Assembly: GCF_006345805.1 (NCBI RefSeq)
Contig: NC_043000.1
Coordinates: forward strand, 131,564,001-131,628,000
Reading direction: 5' to 3'
DNA from: Octopus sinensis
Taxonomy: Eukaryota
Length of the DNA stretch: 64,000 nucleotides
Part shown: piece by piece, positions 40,191 through 50,060 of the stretch
Layout: every line of letters begins with the position of its first letter
Position numbering within the stretch: the first letter of the stretch is position 1
Notes under the pieces: generated by a model
What the model was told of the DNA's origin: nothing
What the model saw: the letters and a program-made list of their open reading frames with translations, nothing else
Databases searched by the model: none
Program-made: the position numbers and the translations under genes

Positions 40191-40989
40191 GGAGTGTTTT
40201 AAAATAAAAGGAAAACCTAGCAGTAAATGTAAGTATCAAGTTTTGTGTGAACCCTGGCGCCTTCTAGTTGAATGATACCATCTTTGTTCCAAGCGCCAAA
40301 ATCGTAATGATTCTGGCAATTAATTGGTTGTATCCTCTTTTGTTAGCTGTACACATCCTTCAACATTCTTTAGAATTACGTATGTGTGAGTGATATCTTC
40401 CTGATTAACTTCATTGCATATAATACTTTCATCAACATGGGCGTGCCATACCAACTGTGAAAAATGAATAAAATGACCTCAAATCAAAAGATTCACAAAG
40501 GTCATCTTTTGACAAGAACTCAACAACATTTTTTACCACTCCTAAAATATTCCATTTCTTTATTCCTGATTGACAAATCTCTTTTTACTACCAATTTCCG
40601 GTAATTTTTGTCTTCTTACCTTACACCTTTTTCTCTTTTTTTTTCCTTTTTTCTTCTTCTTTTCTTCGTTCTTTTTTTTTTTCACACATACTGTCGTATT
40701 TACTTTTATTATTTTTTATATTAGCTTTTATATTCTATATTTTTCTTTTATTTTTTATTTGTATACTTGTAAGTACAAATCTTTTGCTGTATAAGCAACC
40801 TTCTAAACCACAGAATTTCATTTTGAAAACGGCTATCGAAAAGCTCGAAACTCATTAGAGTAACTGGAAAGATTATCATTAAAATACAAATTACTCCCCC
40901 CCTCCACCAAAGCCATCTCTACTCCTTTTTACAAATATATTATACTGTACCAAGAACTTTTTTATATTATTCTACTATATATCAAATAC

Positions 40990-41275
40990 AAAATGGGACA
41001 AGAACGCAAAACATCCAGATAGACGATACAAAGAAAACAAGGACGGGTCATTCGAAGTTTTCTTTCCTCAGTCAAGCACCAGATTATCCTCGCAATTTCG
41101 GCTGATTATTATTGAGATTGCTCCATCTGGCCAGCCCCAAGGAAAAACTAAGCTAAGAGCATTAGATTCCTTGGAAGAAAGCCGCGAATGTATGCAAAAA
41201 CAAGGACGGAAAAAACGGACAATGTTACACAAATATAAATACAATAAAAATAATAAACATAATAACAGGACAAGG
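40990..41275 (-). repeat. Family K copy
   Basis: ACGGGTCATTCGAAG...CCTCAGTCAAG...TGGCCAGCCCCAAG...TTCCTTGGAAGAAAGC. Confidence 0.65.
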
Positions 41276-41590
41276 ATGGGCTTCTTTCAGTTTTCGTCTA
41301 CCAAATCCTCTCACAAGGCTTTGGACAACCCGAGGCTATAATTGAAGACACTTGCCCAAGGAACCATGCAGTGGGACTGAACTCGGAAACATGTGGTTGG
41401 GAAGCAACTTCTTACCACACAGTCACTCCTGCGCCATATACGACAAGTATCTTTCAGTTTTCGTCTGCCTATCCACTCACAAGGCTTTGGTCGACCCGAT
41501 GTTATAGCAGAAGATATTTGTTCAAGGTGTCACGCAGTGGAACTGAACCCGGAACCATGTGGTTACGAAGCCAACTTCTTACCACTCATC
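41276..41590 (-). mobile_element. Two adjacent 5' halves of SINE family A
   Basis: CTTTCAGTTTTCGTCT...CACAAGGCTTTGG...GAAC..GGAA.CATGTGGTT occurs twice. Confidence 0.75.
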
Positions 41591-42000
41591 ACGCTAATAT
41601 ATAGATGCATACAACATTATCAAATTTAGCGGGTAACTTTACCTTTCATCATTTCGAGGTCGATGATATAAAGCATGAGTTTCGTACTGGGGTCGACAGT
41701 ATTGACTATCCGTAGCCCTCTGAAAATTGCTGTCCTTCTTCCTGAATCAGAAACCTTTGTGTTTGACCATAAATGCTTCAGACAAATCTTGATCAATATT
41801 CTCTATAGATATATTGAGCTGAAACTGTACAGGCAAATGCAGAAAAAACAGTCCTTATTAATTGGATATTATAAGATTGGTAAGAAAATTGAAATCCTAA
41901 AAGTCACAGACAATTCAGACAAACCATGTCCTTGCAGGGAGGATCAACCATACTGCGTATTCAGTAATGGGGTGTCTAGATTGTTGCTCAACCTCTTTTT

Positions 42001-42397
42001 CTCTTTCTCTTTTACTTGTTTCAGTCATTTGACTGCGGCCATGCTGGAGCACCGCCTTTAATCGAGCAACTCGACCCAGGGACTTATTCTTTGTAAGCCC
42101 AGTACTTATTCTATCGGTCTCTTTTTTGCTGAACCGCTAAGTGACGGGGACGTAAACACACCAGCATCGGTTGTCAAGCGATGCTAGGGGGACAAACACA
42201 GACACACAAACACACACATATATATATATACATATATACGACAGGCTTCTTTCAGTTTCCGTCTACCAAATCCACTCACAAGGCATTGGTCGGCCCAGGG
42301 CTATAGCAGAAGACACTTGCCCAAGATGCCACGCAGTGGGACTGAACCCGGAACCATGTGGTTGGTTAGCAAGCTACTTACCACACAGCCACTCCTG
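42001..42397 (-). mobile_element. SINE family A, full length
   Basis: Reverse complement of 10530-10925. Confidence 0.9.
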
Positions 42398-42499
42398 GTT
42401 AGCAACAGCAGCCAAATCTCTATTAAACTTCGCATAATCATCCTAAAAATTGATGCACATGTTCGTTTAAGTTAGTATTCAATATAATGTCTAAAAAAA

Positions 42500-42705
42500 G
42501 GCAGCAATCTGGCAGAATTGTTAGCGTTCCGAGTTTAGCGGCATTTCATCCGCCCTTACGTTCTGTGTTTAAATTCCGCCGAGGTCGATTTTGCCTTTCA
42601 TCCTTCCGGGCTCGATAAAGTAAGTACCAGTTGAACACTGGGGTCGATGTAATCGAGTTATCTCCTCCCTCGAACTAGCTGGTCTAGAGCCAAAATTTGA
42701 AATCA
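42500..42705 (+). mobile_element. SINE family B (another copy on the minus strand at ~43020-43140)
   Basis: GGCAGCAATCTGGCAGAATTGTTAGC...CCGCCGAGGTCGATTTTGCCTTTCATCC...AAGTACCAG. Confidence 0.8.
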
Positions 42706-43257
42706 ATATAATGTCTAACCAAAATAACCTAATTGGTATAGTTATCTAATTCCAGGTAGGCTATAATCGAGAAGACCTTTGATCAAAGGAATTATATCTG
42801 TGAACATACTGTCTTCTTTAAGAAATAATGTATGTGAGATTCCATTCTCCAAAGTATCCTTGATTTCTTTTTGATGTGGTAAGACGAGATTTCAGGTAAT
42901 TTTGCTACTATTTCTTCCATTTAGAGTAACCACATAGAGGCTCGTTCATTGGTTTAATGAATGTTCCTTACACATTGTAATTTTAACCAAATATTGGTTC
43001 CAGATTTTTGAGCATGGCCAGTAATTTCGGGGTGGGTGGTGGTTGAGTCGATTACATCGACCCCAGAACTCAGGTGGTACTTATTTTATCGATACCGGAA
43101 GGATGAAAGGCATACCTGACCTCGGCGGAATTTGAACTCGGACAGATTTTAAGCAAACATTTATTTATAGAATGAAAGCACAAGATGTATATTCTAGTAA
43201 ACTTAAGGGATGGTGGACTTGTTATTAGATTCACAATGAATTAAAGAAATGAAGGAA

Positions 43258-43315
<58 letters not shown>

Positions 43316-43877
43316 AGGAAAAAAAGAAGGAGAGAAAGAAAGAATTGATGGATAGTAATTAGACTTCAGATCAAAGTGTATGTGTGGGGGGAGTATTGTT
43401 ATAGATCTTGTTCCTGTCAATAAAAAAAAATCTTAAATGAAATTAAAGCAATATTCCATGTTCAGGTAAAAGTAACATGAGACTGTTATTGCACATGGTT
43501 ACCATGGTCGCAGCTGTTGGCAGAGAGGTAGTCGTTGGTTAATTCCAAGTCACCCCTAGCAGTCACTGTAGCATTGAATTCAAGCAGTCCATTCACCTGC
43601 ACATATACACCTGTACAGTTATGTGCGTGTATATGTGTGTGCGCGTGTATATGTGTGTATGCGTGTGTGTTTCAGTGTTTATATATATAAATGTATGCAA
43701 CATATGCAAGTAGTTATGTATGTATGCGTGTGTATATATGTATCATTATATAGGTTTGTATGCATGCATGTTAGTAAGTATGAATGTACGTATGTTTCTA
43801 CGTAAATATGTATGTATGTATGTTTGTACAACGAATGGATAGAAGGAAGGATGGACAGGGAGGGATGGACAGATATA

Positions 43878-43923
<46 letters not shown>

Positions 43924-44055
43924 ATATATATATATAATATGGGCAAATTCATTAACATTTATGTATTAACTTTGTTGGGTACTTCACTAGCAGTATATTG
44001 GATATACGTTATCCCATAGAGGGTTGCATTTACAACCCCTATTTCAATTTGTATG

Positions 44056-44118
<63 letters not shown>

Positions 44119-44380
44119 TATATGTGTGTATGAATGTATGTACGTTTTCATGGATGGATGGATGGATGGATGGATGGATGGATGGATGGATGGATGGACG
44201 GACGGGTGCTTGTATGTACGTATATATGTACGTACGAATGTATGTATGTATATCCATACATCATTAAAACAGTGAGTTCAACAGAAGTAATTTCGTTTTG
44301 TAACATATTCTCCCGAACACACAACCCCAGAATTTATCAGTATCTGTGTGCATGAATGCATACATACATACATACATACA

Positions 44381-44409
<29 letters not shown>

Positions 44410-44411
<2 letters not shown>

Positions 44412-44636
44412 TCTTTTATTCTTTTAGTTGTTTCAGTCATTTGACTGCGGCCGTGCTGGAGCACCGCCTTTATTCGAACAAATCGACTCCAGGACCTATT
44501 CTTTGTAAGCCTAGTACTTATTCTATCGGTCTCATCTGCAGAACTAAGTTAAGGGGACGGAAACACAGCGACATCGGTTGTCACGAGATTGTGGGGGGAC
44601 AAACACAGACACACACACAAATATATACATACATAC

Positions 44637-44640
<4 letters not shown>
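44410..44640 (-). mobile_element. SINE family A, 3' half (a 5' half lies at 45515-45680, minus)
   Basis: GTTTCAGTCATTTGACTGCGGCCGTGCTGGAGCACCGCC. Confidence 0.75.
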
Positions 44641-44678
<38 letters not shown>

Positions 44679-45396
44679 ATATAATAATAATAATATAAAT
44701 TATATATATATGCATATATACTTACGTATATGTACATACTTACATCTATACGTATATATATACATACTTATGTGTGTGTGTGTATGTGTGGGGGGGGGGC
44801 ACAGGATGTCACGAAGCGTGTACAACAAAAAAATACGGAGCACAAGAACATGAAACATGAACTTTTCTTTCGAACAACGAAAGGCACAAATGGAAAACAA
44901 AACAAACAACATAAAGAACGACCCTTCATCAGTTGTTGGCTGTTTTTCTAGTCTTGTATTTCGAGCATTTAACAACAATATACGCTTTCGATAAAACAGT
45001 TGCTCTTGCAAAGCAAATTAAATAAAATTTGGGATTTTGCGGAGAGTCAAAATTGGTAACACAAACAGGACAGTGAAAACAAACAGGAAGGGCTGCTATG
45101 CCTAAACGAGGTTAAGGTGGCGAACGCGTAAATCAAGCCAGGACAGGAGACAAACAAGAACACGTCTTCCTTGTTCCAGCTACAACAGAGAGAAAGAAAG
45201 AAAAATGGCCGATGGTCATGTGGGAGGTACGTGAGCAAGGGAGGAGGAATGAGGGAGAGGGAGTGACAGAGTAATAAAATAGAATAGTGGGAGAAGAGGA
45301 GGTAAAAGAATAAGAGAGAAAAACGAATGAGTAAAAAGATCGTATAGAGGGCGCATCAGAATTATCTTATATATATTTATCCTATATATATGTATG

Positions 45397-45462
<66 letters not shown>

Positions 45463-45474
45463 TACTTATATGCA

Positions 45475-45514
<40 letters not shown>

Positions 45515-46229
45515 CATGCGACGGGCTTCTTTCAGTTTCCGTCTACCAAATCCACTTACAAGGCTTTCGTTGGCCTGAGGGTATAGTAAAAGACACTTGC
45601 CCATGGTGCCACGCAGTGGGACTGATCTCGGAACCATGCAGTTGGGAAGTAAGCTTCTTACCACACAGCCGCTCCTGCATACATATTTATGTTTATATAT
45701 GTATAAACATACATCAAATTACATATATATACATATAATACTTAGAGAGTCAACAGATGAGATTCAGAGATGCTCGATATAGATAACATTTAGTAGGGCT
45801 CAAATGATTTGAAATTACATTCCAAAGTCATTATTAAGGACTGAGTCTGCGTGTTAAAGAGTGGCCAGAAGAGGAAACCATACCTCTCCCCTGAAGTCTT
45901 CTGCCTTTGTGTTCTCTGTGTAAGTTTTCTCTGTTAATACATAGATATCTATATATTTACTGTTGAATATCCATCATTGGTATGTTTATACACACACACA
46001 CACACACACACGTCAGCAGCCGTTGCGGCAAGACTCATTTTTTTTCTCTCTCTACCCCTAAGGCTTTTTTCTAACGCCAGCTCAAAAATTTATTCGTCCT
46101 GTCGAAAAGACGCTTGTCTGTGACGTCATGTTTTTGTTGTTATTATTATTATCATTATTGTTTTTACGTATTTTTGTATTCTTATTCGTGTTATCATTAT
46201 TGTTTTTACGTATTTTTGTATTTTTATTC

Positions 46230-46470
46230 GTGTAACATCGTCCGGTTTTCCGTCCTTGTTTTGTATATATTCGAGGCTTTCTTCCAAGGAATCTAATGCG
46301 CTTGGCTTAGATTTTCCTTTGGGGCTGGCCAGATCAGAGCAATCTCAAGATTAATCAGCCGAAACTGCGAAGATGATCCGGTTCTTGACTGAAGATTGAA
46401 GGCTTCGAATGTCCCGTCCGTGTTTTTTTGTATCGTCTTCTAAATGTTTCACGTTCTTGTCCCAGTTTGT
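46230..46470 (+). repeat. Family K copy
   Basis: GCTTTCTTCCAAGGAATCTA...GGGGCTGGCCAG...GCCGAAACTGCG...GACTGAAGA...TTCGAATGTCCCGTCC. Confidence 0.65.
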
Positions 46471-46940
46471 ATTTTTTTACATTTACATATATATTTACTG
46501 GGGATATTCCCAGTGCCTAGTTTCTCTCAGACGAGAAATGAAATCAAGTCATAGGACAGATAATAGAAGGGGTAAGCAAATTCATTCACGAAACAATAAT
46601 ACAAATAAATACGTGTGGCTTCGGAAAATAACAATCGTTTGGTCAGATGAGTGGAAAGCTGCAAATATATAATCAATGGAAACATCAATAATGGAATTGT
46701 AAAGGAGTACTATGAAAAAAAAAAGAACATAAAAGTTTGAAAAGTAAACAAAAAATTATTTAGAGAAAAGAGATTTTATACTTACAAGAGGCGAAAACAT
46801 GGCGGTCATAAGAGTCGTAAGATGCTATGAAAATGACGATTTCCGTCATTTCGGGGCAAATTCTCTTGCAACCCGAGAGAAAATTGTAATTGCACATGCA
46901 CTTAATTTGACAACTGTGTTTCATGGGTATAGTTTCACTG

Positions 46941-47140
46941 TTCTATATTTAAGAGATCAGGAATTATGTACATTATTTACATTATTTACATTTGACGGAT
47001 ATTTGTCCTCATCTTGTTTGTTGTTAACACAACGTTTCGACTGATATATACTTGATGAAGGCTGGAGGGTATATCAGCCGAAACGTTGTGTTAACAACAA
47101 ACAAGATGAGGACAAATATCCGTCAAATGTAAATAATGTA
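46941..47140. mobile_element. 200-bp palindromic insertion with a hammerhead-like motif and a 13-bp TSD
   Basis: 71-bp inverted arms (46978-47048 and 47070-47140, 1 mismatch); TATAGTTTCACTG at 46928-46940 and 47141-47153; TTGATGA-AGGCTG...CAGCC-GAAACGTT. Confidence 0.85.
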
Positions 47141-47329
47141 TATAGTTTCACTGATCGTGAGAATCAAATATCGATTGCAACATTTGGCACCGACAATTTT
47201 AAGTGCAGGTGTTAAGAAAATACATGTTACGGCAACTTGAGAATGCTGAAATAATTGATGAACATTTTAACGCCAGAAAAATTTAGGCCAAATTTCGTTA
47301 ATCAGTTAATCAAAGATCATCTTGCATTT

Positions 47330-47670
47330 AGTGCATCCTTAGCGCATATTCCATCTGTGTATAAAATTTCAAGAAAATCGGTTGGAAACTTTAAAAGTTA
47401 GAGCAGAAAATAACATTCATATGAGAATTTGTATTGAAATATCCTATTGGTTTTTGAAAAATCGATGCTGATTGAAAATAATCGATTTTTTTTTAAAATT
47501 CCAAGTGCGTAAGTTACCGCATGTGCATAAGCCCCCCCCCCCCCCACACACACACACACACGTGTCAAGTTTCATCAAGATCAGTTGGAAAGTCTTGGAG
47601 GAGTTAAAATAACAAATTCACAAACACATACACACAGTCACAGACAGAAATTGTCGTTTATGTATGTAGA
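47330..47670 (-). mobile_element. Possible Helitron/HINE-like element, 5' part
   Basis: Minus strand starts A|TCTACATACATAAAC followed by a TGTC/TG microsatellite, like the start at 37080. No 3' end found. Confidence 0.3.
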
Positions 47671-47714
47671 TATATAGTCAATTCGATGAACAAACAATTA
47701 AAAAAAAAAAGAAA

Positions 47715-47870
47715 ATAATGGAAAGAGGAAAAACCGAACGTGAGGACGTGCACAAGAATTATATAAAGGTGAAAGAAGAGTTTTTAATGTTTCGAGCATG
47801 GGTCTTCATCAGAAAGGAGAAGCAGAAAAATCCAAAGAAGAAGAAGGAAATCGCCTACGGCCCACATGTT
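47715..47870 (-). repeat. Family C' short PLE-type element with a hammerhead-like motif
   Basis: TTT-CTGATGA-AGACC-CAT-GCTC-GAAACATT-AAA on the minus strand; flanks are similar to 61160-61345. Confidence 0.55.
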
Positions 47871-47886
47871 GTTACTTTTATGAACG

Positions 47887-47933
<47 letters not shown>

Positions 47934-48068
47934 CCAGATAGGTCGAGCCAGTCTCTTGTTACAAGTGAATCTGAGAGCAGCAAGAGACCGACTCGGCCAA
48001 AATATAAATATTCATCACAAAAATTATTTTATAAATAATTACATAACTATAAATAATTACATTAACGA

Positions 48069-48142
48069 GGCCGGTTAGCTCAGTTGGTTAGAGCGTCGTG
48101 CTAATAACGCGAATGTCGTGGGTTCGAGCCCCATACTGGCCA
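48069..48142 (+). tRNA. trnI-AAT: tRNA-Ile, anticodon AAT (likely I34), apparently intact
   Basis: Full cloverleaf: acceptor GGCCGGT/ACTGGCC, D stem GCTC/GAGC, anticodon stem TCGTG/CGCGA with loop CT-AAT-AA, T stem GTGGG/CCCAT with TTCGAGC loop, discriminator A. Closely resembles eukaryotic tRNA-Ile(AAT). Confidence 0.95.
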
Positions 48143-48151
48143 ATGCGTTTA

Positions 48152-48158
48152 TTTTTTT
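48152..48158 (+). terminator. Pol III terminator (T7) of tRNA-Ile
   Basis: TTTTTTT 9 bp after the discriminator base. Confidence 0.8.
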
Positions 48159-48162
48159 AAAT

Positions 48163-48226
48163 GGCGGTGCCCCAGCATGGCCACAGCTCATGAGCTGAAA
48201 CTGGAAAAATCAAAATCAAAATCAAA
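48163..48226 (+). mobile_element. Isolated LINE/SINE 3' tail with an (AAAATC)n end
   Basis: GGCGGTGCCCCAGCATGGCCACAGCTCATGAGCTGAAAC matches the family A tail and the CR1-group tail at 2915-2952. Confidence 0.7.
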
Positions 48227-48372
48227 CTAAAGTATTTATATAAATGAATAAGATCCAGCAGTTGCTGGATCATATTTGCTTACATGATTATGTTATTTAT
48301 GTAAATATTTTATAAAATATTACGATGTACTTGCATAGCAAGTGGCTTGATATGAACTCGTGTACTGAAACA

Positions 48373-48499
48373 AAAACAATTGCAGCGTGGAAGGTGTTTA
48401 CAAACCATTTAAAAACAAAATACCGTTAGATTCACTTCAACATTTCGGTGTGTATATTTTTAAATGGTTTATAAACACCTTCCATGCTGCAATTGTTTT
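48373..48499. repeat. Short foldback: 43-bp inverted repeats (2 mismatches) with a 41-bp spacer
   Basis: AAAACAATTGCAGCGTGGAAGGTGTTTACAAACCATTTAAAAA at 48373-48415 and its reverse complement at 48457-48499. Confidence 0.85.
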
Positions 48500-48621
48500 A
48501 TAAAATAATTTATGTAATATTATATTGTAAAACTCATCAACTATCAGCGGTTACCATTGTACAGAAACAATTGTTCTGTTCTGTGGTTAAAGCCTGTTCA
48601 TTCCATCTTCTTGGTACTTGC

Positions 48622-48652
<31 letters not shown>

Positions 48653-48984
48653 CATACATACATACATACATACATACATACATACATACATACATACACA
48701 CACACTCACGCGCGCGTGTATGTACGAGGAGTGCTGAAAAGTTGCTGGCTTTGTGCAAAAGAAAATACAGGAGGATCAGTTAATCATGATTTTATTCAAC
48801 ATATTCCTCAGATTTACACACTTATTGCAGCAGTATTTCAGTTTTTCTAAGCCCTGTAGAAGAACTCGTAAGATTGGGCCTCCAGCCAGGTTTTTGTGAT
48901 GCCCACACACACACATATGTATGCATATATATATGTGTATATATATATATATATGTGTGTGTGTATGTATGTGTGTATGTATTT

Positions 48985-49208
48985 TACTCCTTTACTCTTT
49001 TATTTGTTTCAGTCATTTGACTGCTGCCATGCTGGAGCACTGCATTTTAGTCGAGCAAATCGACCACGGGACTTATTCTTTGTAAGCCCAGTACTTATTC
49101 TATCGGTCTCTTTTGCCGAACCGCTAAGTGACGGGGACGTAAACACACCAGCATCGGTTGTCAAGCAATGCTAGGAAGACAAACACACACACACAAACAC
49201 ACACACAT

Positions 49209-49239
<31 letters not shown>

Positions 49240-49902
49240 CATATATACGACAGGCTTCTTTCAGTTTCCGTCTACCAAATCCACTCACAAGGCATTGGTC
49301 GACCCGGGGCTATAGCAGAAGACACTTGCCCAAGATGCCACGCAGTGGGACTGAACCCAGAACCATGTGGTTGGTTAGCAAGCTACTTACCACACAGCCA
49401 CTCCTGCTCCTATGTATGTATTATGTATGTATGTATGTATGTATGTATGTATGTATGCATGTATGTATGTACTTATGTATGTATGTATGTATGTGTGTAT
49501 GTATTTTACTCTTTTACTCTTTTATTTGTTTCAGTCATTTGACTGCTGCCATGCTGGAGCACTGCCTTTTAGTCGAAGAAATCAACCCCAGGACTTATTC
49601 TTTGTGAGCCTAATACTTATTCTATCGGACTCTTTTGCCGAACCGCTAGGTTACGGGGACGTAAACACACCAGCACCGGTTGTCAAGCGATGTTGGAGGG
49701 ACAAACACAGACACACAAATACACATACACATATATATACATATACATATATACGACGGGCTTCTTTCCGTTTCCATCGACCAAATCTACTCACAAGGGT
49801 TTGGACGACCCGAGGCTATAGTAGAAGACACTTGCCCAAGATACCACGCAGAACCATGTGGTTGGTAAGCAAGCTACTTACCATACAGCCACTCCTGCGC
49901 CT
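48985..49902 (-). mobile_element. Two tandem SINE family A copies (48985-49410 and 49503-49902) separated by (TATG)n
   Basis: Two colinear reverse-complement copies, both carrying the variant GACTGCTGCCATGCTGGAGCACTGC. Confidence 0.9.
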
Positions 49903-50060
49903 ATGTATGTATGTATGTATGTATGCATGTATGTATGTATGTATGTATGTATGCATGCATGTATGTATGTATGTATGTATGTATATGTGTATGTATGTAT
50001 GTATGTTTGTATGTATGTATGTATGTATGTATGTGTGTATGTATGTATGTATGTATGTTC

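Noticed and set aside
41809-41879. Possible 71-bp plus-strand exon (YIELKLYRQMQKKQSLLIGYYKI) with donor GTAAGA
   Set aside because: No recognisable homology, and it lies between SINE fragments; insufficient support.
45180-45226. Apparent exon bounded by TTCCAG| and |GTACGT
   Set aside because: The sequence resembles repeat-derived segments at 8430-8530 (minus) and 57370-57480, so it is likely part of an interspersed repeat.
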